Assembly: GCA_002633005.1 (NCBI GenBank)
Contig: NMRA01000107.1
Coordinates: 601,169 to 665,168, forward strand
From: Phoronis australis
Lineage: Eukaryota; Animalia; Phoronida
DNA length: 64,000 bases
Direction: 5' to 3'
Both the position numbers and the translations under genes were made by a program. This document shows, in pieces, positions 56,401 to 64,000 of this stretch. Every line of letters starts with the position of its first letter. Positions within the stretch are counted from its first letter, which is position 1. The notes beneath the pieces were generated by a model, which was not told the DNA's origin, searched no databases, and worked only from the letters and a program-made list of their open reading frames with translations.

Positions 56401-59400
56401 CCTCCTGCCACATCGCAACCTACATGGAAATGTGACCCTGTGAGTTAATGATGAATGATAGTCAGAACTCCGTTAAGAGCATCAAAGCGCATGCCTTGGT
56501 TTGCACATTTTTCATATATAGAGGGCATCCCAAAATGTACTGACACTTCAATACAATGCCATGAGTTCAAATAAAACTAGCATAGACGTGCATGGGTGAA
56601 AAAACAAACTTGTGTGGATCATGGGCTATGTTGATTCAGTCTGTTCTTGTAGTTACTACAACATTAGCCACAAAGACATTTCTCAATAGATGGAGTGGCA
56701 CACTGATGAATGTTTCAACAGCAACAAATTTGATTTTTCAGATGTCACTTCGATCCGTTAATCAATAGCAATGTTACATAATCCTTTCAATGCTACCTTT
56801 GACAGTAAAGGGAAACACAGTAGTGTACTTACTCCAAGCCGGACATCCATAGCAGGCACTGCCTTACTAATGCCCCCTGGTGGCAGAGTGAAGACAATGG
56901 TGTAGGTAAGCTTGCCTCCGTATGAAGTGATCTAAAATAAACAAGGTATGAAAATTTAGGGGAGAAGTCATAAGCAACAGATTAATATGGACAACATGGG
57001 AAAATGGTGATTACAGACTCGCAACTGCTGATTCACCGAACAAACAGAACAGAATGCAATAGGATATAAAATATGACGTGTTTGAAAAACATAAACCTAA
57101 TACGAGGAAAAGGCTAATTCATACCAGGACCATCATTTGAAACACCTCATACTTACCCTGTTGCCAAGGTAACTGCTAGGTGCCACCCAGTAGAGTACAG
57201 CTCCGTCAGAGTCTGTACCACTTCTGACATCAGCAGCCACAACATTGCCCCCCTCTCGTATGGATGGGCTGAAGGCATTCAACAGTGTCCAGCCTGACAT
57301 GTCTTGGTGCTAAAACCAAGTAAAGTTATGTAGTAAGCTGATGAAGACGAAAAAGATTTACGATCAAGTACAGGTATTGCTAGATATAGTTACAACATAA
57401 AGAAAATATGAGACACTTTTCAAAATATATAATTGCGTATATTTTTGCTATTTTTTCTTGTATAAAATCACGCTAGGGTACTGCATCGCCACAACCATAA
57501 ATAATCCAGACACGCTTGTTTCCCTCAGAGCAACAAGGAATATGGCACCAACCTATGTTTGACTGGTGTCAACACCAACTTACTGTTTCACGCCTGAAGT
57601 TAGAGCTATCACAGGTTTTCGTAGTTCCAAAACAGAAACATGAGGTGCAGCCCAAGGGGTTGCGGTCCTCCAGGTAGAAGGACCCTTGTTGGCAGATGTC
57701 ACATTGTGGACCCTCAGTGTTGGGCTGGAAAATAACGCATAAATAAACTGGCAAAATAGTTTTATTTACATTATAAATCTAAGTGCCTAGCCATGCACAA
57801 ATTAGGGTGTCGCCGTGCAGAAGTTCACGGTTTATCAAAGCAATCATAAAAAATAACAATACATTATGACAAAGTTTGCACGTTCACACAGATTGTGTTC
57901 TGACCCAAAACTATGCATCTCTCTTGAGACGTAGTTGTGACTCACCTTACACAGACACTGTGCAGTCTGAGCATTACAGATGTCCTTAGTTGTACCCCTT
58001 GTGTCGCACACGCATCGCTGACAGTCTGGGAAACTGTGAGCCCCTGCCACACAGGAGTCACACTGACGTCCAGCCACCAGTGGGCGACACGTACACTGAC
58101 CAGTGGTCACATCACAGTCCTCATTACCAGCAACAGTTCCACGTGTGTTACAAGCACAGTCCTAAGATGGGTCAACAGACACATAACAACTCAGTAAACA
58201 CCGAAATAAGACTGTACGTAAGGGTAAAATTCAAGGACATGACATTCATTATTACAATCAAGAAACCTGTGTAACAAATATAAAAGACTGTTATTTTATT
58301 CAACGCAAATGGAAGCGTTAACATAAAGTACCTTCTAACTAATGGCTGCCTTACGTATGAAAGTGCAAAAACAAAAGCTGCTTCATTTTAAAAACCATCA
58401 TTTCACTCAGTCACGTACCTCACAACCTATCAGAGCATCATAACCAAATGTCTGCGGTAGACAAATGTTACATTCCGGTCCAGTCACTTTAGGTGGACAA
58501 AGACATTGACCACTAACCGGATCACAGAAGCCAGCTGGACAGTTGCAACCTGAAACAAGAAGGGGGTACAAGTTTGACACAGACCAAGACGACAGTAGCC
58601 TGTTGGACAGTTACAAGCTTGGTCTTAATAAAGTGAATATAAAAACTAATGACAGAGAACTCAATTTTTAAACAGAACCACAGACAAGAACCAACTATTC
58701 TTTTCTGCCTTATTGGACACTATAGACGGCCACAAGTTACGGTGAAAAATCTCCATTTTGACACAGTGAAAAATTAATTATTTTGCTCAATTGGCCGTCC
58801 CATATTCAAGAAGAACCGAGACAGCAAAATTATTCACTCTATAGATTGAAAACATATCATCTGAAATTTGACAAAAATGGTGAATGTCAAAATTGCCCTT
58901 GTCCCAAATTTAATTTTTGCAGGAATTTCTGTACCTAAGTTCTAGAGGCTGTCCAAAATTGGAGAATTTTTACCGTAATATGTGAAGACATGAAACATCC
59001 CGACTCACGTCTGCAGTTTGGGAAGCCAAAGTAGCCAGTTCTGCACTCAGAGCATGTTCGACCAATCACGTTTGGTTTACAACGGCATTGACCACCGAAT
59101 TCATTACACAGGAAACTGGTGGAGCCTTCTGTGTTGCACTGACACTGCAAGGCACCGTTACTGTACTCTGTGGTCAGTGTGAAGATGGACTTGCGGCAGA
59201 ACTCTGATACTGACGGATCATTGGGGCTGGAAACGATGAACGTAATACTGTTTAAATACAACCTTTGCGTGGACAAGATAAGTAAATTCACATTGATGAC
59301 ATTTTACTAACAAGTATGAAAATGAAGAAAACTATTTGAGCAACAAAATCAGAAGAAAGGATGAAGTAGACAAATTACTGATGCGATAGTTTGATCAAAT

Positions 59401-62400
59401 CATCATGAATGTAGGTCAAGTCTTGGTTGGGACATCTTAGTAGCCATGTGAGTTGAGAAATGTCACTGGCACCCAGTTCACGATCATGGCAACTGGCAAA
59501 AACATGCATTTGGAAATCTTCTCAATCTCTTTTGAGGGCAACATACCAAGAGATTTCAGATCATCAATTCTAGAAAAACAGGTTATTCAACAATCACGTC
59601 CCAATGCACAAGACATGAGATTCGTATTGCATTGTACTGGCCAAGTCAGGCAACTACTACTAACAGTGAGTGACATGTTCAAGTACAGTAGCTTTGTTAA
59701 ACCTGTGATGTATTTGGTCCAGTCATTCAAACACTGTAATGATTCCCAATTGTTAAATATTGCAAAGCTCAAACTTGACTCGCTTCAGTTGATACTGTAA
59801 CAGTTCAAGAGCTCTGTACAAACTGTGTGATATGTCCCAGTGTGAGTAAACAAAACAATGACTAGTGCAATTGTTCACAAATTCATGTTACAAATTATCA
59901 CATGAGGACTGAGTCAGGTGATCATATTACCTGATGTTGTAGAACTCCTTTGCACAGTCCTTAATGAAGTCACCTGAACGGTCCACAGGTAAATTGGTGG
60001 TTACATCCACACCTGTGAATGCTGTCTCAGGTATAACTAAGATGTAGTCCTACAATATAGATAACCATCCTACAGATGGCACCAGCTCTTCTTGGCTTAT
60101 ATATGCAATATTGGTGTGACTTGAGGACACTGTTATTGATGTGAAACGTTGGCTTGGGTAGCATAACATCACACATGATCAAGATAACACGACGTCACAC
60201 ATGATCAAAATAACACGATGTCACCCATGATCAAGTGAGCATAACGTCACACCTGATCAAGATAACACGACGTCACACATGATCAACATAGCATAACGTC
60301 ACACGTGATCAAGATAACACGACGTCACACATGATCAAGATAGCATAACGTCACACGTGACCAAGATAACACGACGTCACACATGATCAAGATAACATGA
60401 CGTCACACATGATCAAAATAACATGTCATGCATTATAAAGATTAAAATGAATAAAACAGTGATTAAAATATCATAACAAATGAGAACGCAGTCCAATAAA
60501 ACAAAATTCTGAATCTGATCTGCTTTTCATGGTTATTTTACTTCATTGTGTATTATGAAACTGTTTGTATCCNTGAATGTAGGTCAAGACTAGCAGTGTT
60601 GACTGGGACATCTTAGTAGCCATGTGAGTTGAGAGATATCACTGGCACTCAGTTCACGGTCATGGCAACTGGCAAAAACATGCATTTGGAAATCTTCTCA
60701 ATCTCTTTTGAGGGCAACATACCAAGAGATTTCAGATCATCAATTCTAGAAATACAGGTTATTCAACAATCACGTCCCAATGCACAAGACATGAGATTCG
60801 TATTGCATTGTACCGGCCAAGTCAGGCAACTACTACTAAAAGTGAGTGACATGTTCAAGTACAGTTGCTTTGTTAAACCTGTGATGTATTTGGTCCAGTC
60901 ATTCAAACACTGTAATGATTCCCAATTGTTAAATATTGCAAAGCTCAAACTTGACTCGCTTCAGTTGATACTGTAATAGTTCAAGAGCTCTGTACAAACT
61001 GTGTGATATGTCCCAGTGTGGGTAAACAAAGCAATGACTAGTGCAATTGTTTACAAATTCATGTTACAAATTATCACATGAGGACTGAGTGAAGTAACTG
61101 ATCAGGTGATCATATTACCTGATGTTGTAGAACTCCTTTGCACAGTCCTTAATAAAGTCACCTGAACGGTCCACAGGTAAATTGGTGGTTACATCCACAC
61201 CTGTGAATGCTGTCTCAGGTATAACTAAGATGTAGTCCTGCAATATAGATAACCATCCTACAGATGGCACCAGCTCTTCTTGGCTTAAATATGCAATATT
61301 GGTGTGACTTGAGGACACTGTTATTGATGTGAAACGTTGGCTTGGGTAGCATAACGTCACACATGATCAAGATAACACGACGTCACACATCATAAAAATA
61401 ACACCATGTCACACATTCTCAAGATAGCATAACGTCACACATGATCAAGATAACACAACGTAACACATGATCAAGATAACACAACGTCACACATGATCAA
61501 GATAACACAACATCACACGTGATCAAGATAACACAACGTCACACGTGATCAAGATAACACAACGTCACACATGATCAAGATAACATGACGTCACACATGA
61601 TCAAAATAACATGACGTCATGCATTATGAAGATTAAAATGAATGAAACACTGATTAAAATATCATAACAAATGAGAAAGCAGTTCAATAAAACAAAATTC
61701 TGAATCTGATCTGCTTTCATGGTTATTTTACTTCATTATGTATAATGAAACTGTTTGTATCCAGGTCAGAATGCAACAAAAAATTAAGTAAGTTGAAAAA
61801 CGAAAAACAAATTATTCAGATTTAGTGAGATATAGAGGTGGAATGTGTCTTTTAGAGCAAGTTTCTTGTAAGAAAAGCGAGATCACACAAGACCTTGCAA
61901 GATCACACAAATATTAGGTAAAGAGTTTCGCAAAGTTAGCTCAGGACTTTTTAATTGAGTATACTTAAGCACTGCAACATACCACCCACAAATCCTTGCC
62001 AGGTGTCTCAAGCGTAATCTGAATGTCTTGGGTGGGGATGTCAAGCACATTTGGGTTAACCTGTCCGTCAAACTTGACAACACCACGGCAACCAGCAATG
62101 TTGGGACAGAACTCAACCTTCAAAACACCTGAAAAGAGTGAATAAAAAGTTTAACCTGAAGGGAGATGATTTTTGGATATTTTAGTGCAGAATGAGACAG
62201 TGTGTAAATAAATCTCTTTACGTACAACGCGGTATACAGTTTTTGCACAAAATGGTGAAATGTGTAATAGAATCGCTTTAGTTACATGCAATACACATTC
62301 AGCACAAAAAAATTAAGACAGTGCTGTAAGTCTAACAATCAGAACACCTAGAAGTTAGAAACCACGCTTTCAAACTCTCTGGTGTACTGTTATCCCACAT

Positions 62401-64000
62401 ACCAAGTAATTTTTAGAAGCAAGTAAATTTTTGCCAATGGCTCCCATCAATTCCACCATGACCCCAGCATAAAGACGGTGCAATGTTATTGCAATAATAT
62501 AACAAGTCATACCTTTGTAGACTTTGCCATCAACGACGACCTCAACATTGACATCAAAACTAGTCATGTTAGGATTGTAGTACTGTACAGTAAATACGTA
62601 AGGCTTGTTGGCTTCACTTATATGCACATCAACAGTGACTCGCGGCTGCAAATAGGAAAAACATTCAGTAAGTGATTATGGACTGGAAACTGCAGAATAT
62701 CAAGTTAGAGAGCACTATATAGCACTAGGCAACACTGGGCAGCACTACATTGCACTAGACATAATTAGACAGCACTAGACACTAAGCAGAATGCACTCCT
62801 TCCTTACCTGGACCTTGTCCAATCTAACTAGGCCCACATTCACATCAATGCCGCCTGGCAGAGGTTCCTTCCTGATCTCATTAGGACCAACCTCAAACTC
62901 AGTCTTCAACGTGCCCACAGGTGTTGGGTAGGATGTCTCAATGCATCTAAAAGAATACACCAGTAAAAGAATAGTACAGTCTCCATGCTTCAAACAACAT
63001 GTCCACTGAGAATGGCTTTGAACTCATTTAACATGTTTTCTATCTGACATAATATTAGTTTCAACATTTTACTACCTTCATAAATCAGAGGGTCTGGAAA
63101 AACTGAAACTTTACCTAACCATCTGGCAGAACATTTTAAGACTCCTATGAAGTCAACACACATAACTACTACAGCTCCATTTTAAGACACCTATGAAAAC
63201 AACACACATAACTACTCCATTTTAAGACACCTATGAAAACAACACACATAACTACTCCATTTTAAGACACCTACGAAAACAACACACATAACTACTACTC
63301 CTTTAAGACACCTATGAAGACAACACACTACTCCATTTTCTGTTATATCTTACTTCCCATCCCGACGGATACACTTTGGTCGAGGCTTCAGGAAATCAAT
63401 TGTGAAATCTGCTACAGGAATTGCTGTTATTGACTCCTAGAATTACAATCATGGCACATAAATTACTTATTTCATAGAAAAAGCAACTGAATGTTTAACA
63501 TTGTTTTTTTTTTTGCTAGAAAATAAGCAACAAGTACTCATCTCAAATTCTATTCATGAAAAGGAGAGAATGTTGAGTGAATACATTGAGTGAATGTTGT
63601 GTGAATGCATTGATCGTCCTCATGCAAAACACAGCTCTTCACTCAATGTAGGAATACTAGCATTAAGGAATACACAAAAACTAACAGACGAGCTAAGCAA
63701 CAAATCCAACTAGTAATTCCTGCACACTAGCATAAGTTAATAATAAAATCCAACAAGTGAAAAAGGTTTCAAGATTAGGCTGAACAAGCAGAACTTACAA
63801 TCTGCACATTAGTTTGAGAGTCTCCCTTCAAAGTGATGCGGATGTACCGACCAGTGCTGTCAACTTCCAACGGAATACTGGAGCCATCGGTCACAATCTG
63901 ACGGCATAAATAGCTGAAACCACAACAAGTGAACGGCATTACACAATAAGCTTTCTGTCATTTAAGGGGACATTTCACTGATACTTATGGCCTAAAAGTA
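14334..64000 (-). CDS. LAMA5: Laminin subunit alpha-3/5-like (LanA type), gene span; 51 exons in window, 5' part outside window
   Basis: Phase-consistent GT-AG exon chain encoding L4a, LE repeats (e.g. FCRKSIFTLTTEYSNGALQCQCN, typical of alpha3B/5/LanA), L4b, LE repeats, coiled coil and five LG domains ending GTVDLQTCPTT*. Confidence 0.93.
14819..14941 (-). CDS. LAMA5: Laminin alpha exon (LG5): IKAKNTLFL...STDTNHPLYIGGVP
   Basis: AG/GTATGA, 123 nt, phase 1-1. Confidence 0.93.
15093..15167 (+). mobile_element. tRNA-derived SINE head or tRNA pseudogene
   Basis: A box TGGCTCAGTGG, B-box-like GATTTGAGTCC, TCTG/CAGA stem around a GTT-containing loop; acceptor stem degenerate. Confidence 0.55.
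15308..15413 (-). CDS. LAMA5: Laminin alpha exon (LG5): LIAGARNG...LCDGRWHSVK
   Basis: AG/GTAAGT, 106 nt, phase 0-1. Confidence 0.92.
15768..17439. mobile_element. Decayed ISL2EU-like (PIF/Harbinger-related) DNA transposon
   Basis: Imperfect long TIRs (AGACCTAATTCACACCG...CGAGGCTC / GAGCCTCG...CGGCGTGAGTTAGGTCT) flanked by AT. THAP-like remnant on + (FKIPKDVEIRKRW...LKDDA). Convergent minus-strand remnant (EGYNFFSENQV) resembles the N-terminus of SWIM/YqaJ-type second ORFs. Confidence 0.7.
16401..16469. mobile_element. 69-bp mini-MITE nested in the ISL2EU-like element
   Basis: Perfect 13-bp TIR CATGGGCGGCGCA/TGCGCCGCCCATG; flanks CATCT/CACCT. Confidence 0.65.
17541..17671 (-). CDS. LAMA5: Laminin alpha exon (LG5): DNFRVGRDIEITFEMRPR...LVDGQ
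   Basis: AG/GTGAGG, 131 nt, phase 1-0. Confidence 0.92.
18357..18507 (-). CDS. LAMA5: Laminin alpha exon (LG4 end/LG5 start): TGAMNFKGCLRNF...EMGTFF...GYLIL
   Basis: AG/GTAGGC, 151 nt, phase 0-1. Confidence 0.92.
18874..19047 (-). CDS. LAMA5: Laminin alpha exon (LG4): VVFKRRNRQGEL...PFYLGG...KQLG
   Basis: AG/GTAAGT, 174 nt. Confidence 0.92.
19953..20012. repeat. (TG)n microsatellite
   Basis: Direct inspection. Confidence 0.9.
20054..20237 (-). CDS. LAMA5: Laminin alpha exon (LG4): SEFSIEFKT...GLIFY...YSDGEWHQ
   Basis: AG/GTATAT, 184 nt, phase 2-0. Confidence 0.92.
20701..20866 (-). CDS. LAMA5: Laminin alpha exon (linker/LG4 start): LPATEG...ECALPLNP...LRFGTSSDSRAEF
   Basis: AG/GTAAGT, 166 nt, phase 1-2. 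Confidence 0.9.
21158..21620. repeat. 26-bp minisatellite AACACTGCAGGATGTTAAACTGTGTG, about 17 copies, degenerating leftward
   Basis: Direct inspection. Confidence 0.92.
21790..21935 (-). CDS. LAMA5: Laminin alpha exon (LG3 end, P/T-rich linker): PQDFA...KCPLVDPVVTTIAPTTRSP
   Basis: AG/GTAAGT, 146 nt, phase 2-1. Confidence 0.88.
22409..22520. repeat. (TATG)n followed by inverted (CATA)n microsatellite
   Basis: Direct inspection. Confidence 0.85.
24466..24651 (-). CDS. LAMA5: Laminin alpha exon (LG3): YSLSIDD...LFFGGVP...FDGCMGEVTVNS
   Basis: AG/GTAAGT, 186 nt, phase 2-2. Confidence 0.92.
25071..25219 (-). CDS. LAMA5: Laminin alpha exon (LG3): THALSLALVNGRI...YNDGLWHYI
   Basis: AG/GTAAGT, 149 nt, phase 0-2. 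Confidence 0.92.
25722..25868 (-). CDS. LAMA5: Laminin alpha exon (LG3): ENKEVYM...MRTTNDTGLIF...AKQ
   Basis: AG/GTAGGC, 147 nt. Confidence 0.9.
26527..27941 (-). mobile_element. Helentron-associated non-autonomous element (HINE/DINE-1-like), spanning the assembly gap
   Basis: Subterminal IR ATGCGCCCACA (26551) / TGTGGGCGCAT (27931). Terminal fold-back ATGCGTCCACATA-TAAA-TATGTGGGCGCAT, GGAC microsatellite (~27870-27896), hairpin CAACGC-AGA-GCGTTG beside the ACAAGAG end, A-run flanks, internal degenerate AAATTTCATGAA/GCCACTAGG subrepeats. Confidence 0.7.
26753..27404. other. Assembly gap (N run)
   Basis: Ns in sequence; lies in an intron whose flanking exons join in phase. Confidence 0.99.
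28273..28393 (-). CDS. LAMA5: Laminin alpha exon (LG2 end): GLVSKSFTGCLRNV...PGCSAD
   Basis: AG/GTAAGT, 121 nt, phase 2-0. Confidence 0.92.
28721..28818. repeat. 27-bp tandem repeat rich in AGGTCA
   Basis: GTCAAGTGTTGAGGTCATCATTTAAAG, about 3.6 copies. Confidence 0.8.
28980..29064 (-). CDS. LAMA5: Laminin alpha exon (LG2): VELNIND...LYFGGIGKTINF
   Basis: AG/GTAAGT, 85 nt, phase 1-2. Confidence 0.9.
29984..30324 (-). CDS. LAMA5: Laminin alpha exon (LG2): ETLRPPPPPESIKLDG...YNDNEWHQV...VDDK
   Basis: AG/GTAAGT, 341 nt, phase 2-1. Confidence 0.92.
30634..30720 (-). mobile_element. tRNA-derived SINE fragment (A box, anticodon arm and body; B box deleted)
   Basis: Minus strand TCAGTAGCTCAGTGGTAAGAGCA-CTAGA-CCGACAA-TCTAG; body shared with 3067-3155. 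Confidence 0.55.
31588..31712 (-). CDS. LAMA5: Laminin alpha exon (LG1 end): LPREILERSFAGCIE...GLWDF...GCVQ
   Basis: AG/GTGAGT, 125 nt, phase 0-2. Confidence 0.92.
32350..32497 (-). CDS. LAMA5: Laminin alpha exon (LG1): DGKRGKL...VFIGGVPSGVN
   Basis: AG/GTAAGT, 148 nt, phase 2-0. Confidence 0.92.
32964..33106 (-). CDS. LAMA5: Laminin alpha exon (LG1): DDYFSLEIRDGHVVFQFDLGSG...DGKWHEVIAE
   Basis: AG/GTAAAC, 143 nt, phase 0-2. Confidence 0.92.
34990..35052 (-). CDS. Candidate 63-nt cassette exon in LG1 (LVNDGPSPHVVRRQATKRKFK)
   Basis: tatacag|...aag|gtttgc, phase 0-0 matching flanking exons, open frame; splice sites are weak. Confidence 0.4.
36400..36567 (-). CDS. LAMA5: Laminin alpha exon (LG1): IAVGMHF...SLYFKT...GPDQARTGQS
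   Basis: AG/GTAAGT, 168 nt, phase 0-0. Confidence 0.92.
37494..37648 (-). CDS. LAMA5: Laminin alpha exon (coiled-coil end): DEVNSQIP...LKRLITAARNAANR
   Basis: AG/GTAAGG, 155 nt; I..AR..AN motif preceding LG1. Confidence 0.92.
38374..39190. mobile_element. PIF/Harbinger-type MITE
   Basis: About 45-bp TIR GGGCTGTTCCAG(C/T)AAAATC(T/C)GT(A/G)TGGGAGGGGGGG and TTA target-site duplication (38371-38373, 39191-39193). Confidence 0.85.
39624..39809 (-). CDS. LAMA5: Laminin alpha exon (coiled coil): NLNQKAKDAADKA...RIQSS
   Basis: AG/GTATGT, 186 nt, phase 1-1. Confidence 0.87.
39824..40048. repeat. 40-bp minisatellite GTTGTGTCTGGGCCATGGTCTAGCAATGACCATGGTAGGA, about 5.5 copies
   Basis: Period 40 (39864, 39904, 39944...); internal hairpin CCATGGTC..GACCATGG. 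Confidence 0.9.
40317..40433 (-). CDS. LAMA5: Laminin alpha exon (coiled coil): LKTRLDDDNEAL...NLPQ
   Basis: AG/GTAAGT, 117 nt, phase 1-1. Confidence 0.86.
41279..41363 (-). CDS. LAMA5: Laminin alpha exon (coiled coil): SNGIGSSSTDSKERSEAL...QTD
   Basis: AG/GTACGT, 85 nt, phase 0-1. Confidence 0.82.
41880..42176 (-). CDS. LAMA5: Laminin alpha exon (coiled coil): ETEYETSRLD...AKEHA...AAGAYETIV...AIDK
   Basis: AG/GTATTC, 297 nt; A..HA..L and A..AY..I alpha-chain motifs. Confidence 0.92.
42363..42479 (-). CDS. LAMA5: Laminin alpha exon (coiled coil): QTIDDAKK...KAYE
   Basis: AG/GTAAGA, 117 nt. Confidence 0.86.
43286..43473 (-). CDS. LAMA5: Laminin alpha exon (coiled coil): LRRVKELRA...DHPIL
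   Basis: AG/GTAAGA, 188 nt, phase 1-0. Confidence 0.86.
43816..44065. repeat. 50-bp minisatellite TACACTGTACATAAAATCAACAGCATTAATAATGAACATCTACAACATTA x5
   Basis: Period 50 (43866, 43916, 43966, 44016). Confidence 0.92.
44175..44345 (-). CDS. LAMA5: Laminin alpha exon (coiled coil): TVQFISG...ELERRDF...DSLD
   Basis: AG/GTATGT, 171 nt, phase 1-1. Confidence 0.88.
45315..45426 (-). CDS. LAMA5: Laminin alpha exon (coiled coil): SEEALHESE...QLVN
   Basis: AG/GTATGT, 112 nt, phase 0-1. Confidence 0.85.
46354..46458 (-). CDS. LAMA5: Laminin alpha exon (coiled coil): PQVDSLL...EVQRK
   Basis: AG/GTAATT, 105 nt. Confidence 0.85.
47079..47230 (-). CDS. LAMA5: Laminin alpha exon (coiled-coil start): CDSCIHLLLDD...FTLK
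   Basis: AG/GTACAT, 152 nt; CDxC motif marking the coiled-coil start. Confidence 0.9.
48081..48218 (-). CDS. LAMA5: Laminin alpha exon (LE): CDCAEEGATTCDPVTGRC...QGCR
   Basis: AG/GTAAGT, 138 nt, phase 1-1. Confidence 0.92.
48838..49018 (-). CDS. LAMA5: Laminin alpha exon (LE): PGTYGFNSAQGC...GPGGCQ
   Basis: AG/GTAAG, 181 nt, phase 0-1. Confidence 0.92.
49527..49627 (-). CDS. LAMA5: Laminin alpha exon (LE): CLCDKVGSDFC...CDQCA
   Basis: AG/GTAAGT, 101 nt, phase 1-0. Confidence 0.92.
50285..50562 (-). CDS. LAMA5: Laminin alpha exon (LE): FASGC...CERCAEWYYGDAVNRKDCE
   Basis: AG/GTATTT, 278 nt, phase 2-1. Confidence 0.92.
50825..50983. mobile_element. Old hAT-like MITE
   Basis: TIR CAGTGCTGTAGT / ACTACAGCAGTG (1 mismatch); TSD not preserved. 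Confidence 0.45.
51717..51835 (-). CDS. LAMA5: Laminin alpha exon (LE): ACRDGTKGHKCDECLPGYYGDA...
   Basis: AG/GTAAGT, 119 nt, phase 0-2. Confidence 0.92.
52515..52588. repeat. 15-bp tandem repeat TTGGCATCTACTGTA, about 5 copies
   Basis: Direct inspection. Confidence 0.8.
52742..52855 (-). CDS. LAMA5: Laminin alpha exon (LE): ECADGYYR...CECNGHADTCDPETGECI
   Basis: AG/GTAAGT, 114 nt. Confidence 0.93.
54051..54143. repeat. About 34-bp tandem repeat x3 overlapping a splice donor
   Basis: GGTATTACCCTC(AC)TCACCTCACCCACCTC units. Confidence 0.8.
54141..54249 (-). CDS. LAMA5: Laminin alpha exon (L4b end/LE): ISDVILDAA...VEQCLCPRNYKGSSCE
   Basis: AG/GTGAGT, 109 nt, phase 2-0. Confidence 0.92.
54698..54819 (-). 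CDS. LAMA5: Laminin alpha exon (L4b): SQFVHDTTGASVSREQFMMTL...IRASY
   Basis: AG/GTATAA, 122 nt, phase 0-2. Confidence 0.92.
55943..56026 (-). CDS. LAMA5: Laminin alpha exon (L4b): GNNFTLVH...VDLIE
   Basis: AG/GTAAGT, 84 nt, phase 0-0. Confidence 0.9.
56833..56931 (-). CDS. LAMA5: Laminin alpha exon (L4b): ITSYGGKLTYT...DVRLG
   Basis: AG/GTAAGT, 99 nt; SYGG motif. Confidence 0.92.
57157..57309 (-). CDS. LAMA5: Laminin alpha exon (L4b): HQDMSGW...LYWVAPSSYLGNR
   Basis: AG/GTAAGT, 153 nt; YW.AP..YLGN laminin-B motif. Confidence 0.92.
57584..57724 (-). CDS. LAMA5: Laminin alpha exon (LE): PNTEGPQCDIC...CFCFGTT...RRET
   Basis: AG/GTAAGT, 141 nt, phase 0-0. Confidence 0.92.
57946..58161 (-). 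CDS. LAMA5: Laminin alpha exon (LE): DCACNTRG...QCLCK
   Basis: AG/GTGAGT, 216 nt, phase 0-0. Confidence 0.92.
58419..58549 (-). CDS. LAMA5: Laminin alpha exon (LE): CNCPAGFCDPVSGQCLC...IGCE
   Basis: AG/GTACGT, 131 nt, phase 1-0. Confidence 0.92.
59009..59226 (-). CDS. LAMA5: Laminin alpha exon (L4a end/LE): PNDPSVSEFCRKS...GYFGFPNCR
   Basis: AG/GTGAGT, 218 nt, phase 2-1, laminin EGF cysteine pattern. Confidence 0.93.
59931..60049 (-). CDS. LAMA5: Laminin alpha exon DYILVIPE...CAKEFYNI, duplicate copy A
   Basis: TAG/GTAATA, 119 nt; differs from copy B by one synonymous TTC/TTT change. Only one copy can be used in frame. Confidence 0.7.
60160..60425. repeat. About 26-bp minisatellite GATAACACGACGTCACACATGATCAA, copy A
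   Basis: Direct inspection; variant copy at 61348-61620. Confidence 0.88.
61119..61237 (-). CDS. LAMA5: Laminin alpha exon DYILVIPE...CAKEFYNI, duplicate copy B
   Basis: CAG/GTAATA, 119 nt, phase 0-2. Confidence 0.85.
61348..61620. repeat. About 26-bp minisatellite, copy B
   Basis: Same unit as 60160-60425 with a different variant order. Confidence 0.88.
61983..62128 (-). CDS. LAMA5: Laminin alpha exon (L4a): VLKVEFCPNIAGCRG...DLWV
   Basis: AG/GTATGT, 146 nt, phase 1-0. Confidence 0.88.
62513..62645 (-). CDS. LAMA5: Laminin alpha exon (L4a): PRVTVDV...YVFTVQYYNP...VYK
   Basis: AG/GTATGA, 133 nt, phase 0-1. Confidence 0.87.
62808..62946 (-). CDS. LAMA5: Laminin alpha exon (L4a): CIETSYPTPVG...LDKVQ
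   Basis: AG/GTAAGG, 139 nt, phase 2-0. Confidence 0.87.
63134..63340. repeat. About 40-bp minisatellite ACTACTCCATTTTAAGACACCTATGAAAACAACACACATA, about 5 copies
   Basis: Period 40 (63181, 63221, 63261). Confidence 0.88.
63354..63436 (-). CDS. LAMA5: Laminin alpha exon (L4a): ESITAIPVADFTIDFLKPRPKCIRRDG
   Basis: AG/GTAAGA, 83 nt, phase 0-2. Confidence 0.85.
63799..63913 (-). CDS. LAMA5: Laminin alpha exon (L4a): YLCRQIVTDGSS...NVQI
   Basis: AG/GTAAGT bounds, 115 nt, phase 2-0. Confidence 0.85.

Larger units (their letters stand above)
59406..61762. repeat. Tandem duplication of about 1.2 kb (59406-60572 / 60574-61762) containing a laminin exon
   Basis: Both units start TGAATGTAGGTCAAG and end GTTTGTATCC; single N at the junction (60573). 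Confidence 0.95.

Noticed and set aside
59453-60976. Two near-identical 115-aa plus-strand ORFs
   Set aside because: TTG-started intronic frames duplicated only because the 1.2-kb segment is duplicated; no protein features.

Overview
Intron-rich, AT-rich animal genomic DNA from a draft assembly, with an N gap at 26753-27404 and single Ns at 7071, 48832 and 60573. A marine invertebrate source is my inference. About 50 kb (14334 to beyond 64000, minus strand) is the 3' part of a laminin alpha-3/5 (LanA-type) gene. I traced 51 GT-AG exons with continuous phase: L4a, LE repeats, L4b, LE repeats, coiled coil and LG1-5, ending at the stop at 14334. Its 5' end lies outside the window. Downstream are two tandem, diverged PHYHIP C-terminal-domain genes. 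Copy 1 appears to lack the FN3 domain, and copy 2's N-terminus is unresolved. Both have NF-kB/Rel-like sites upstream and a motif pattern suggestive of an ADP-ribosyltransferase-like fold. Introns hold an ISL2EU-like transposon relic, Harbinger and hAT-like MITEs, Helentron-like (HINE) elements, tRNA-derived SINE pieces and minisatellites. Other points of note are a candidate basic cassette exon in LG1 and a 1.2-kb exon-containing tandem duplication that is probably two uncollapsed haplotypes. All calls were made by eye, with no database searches.
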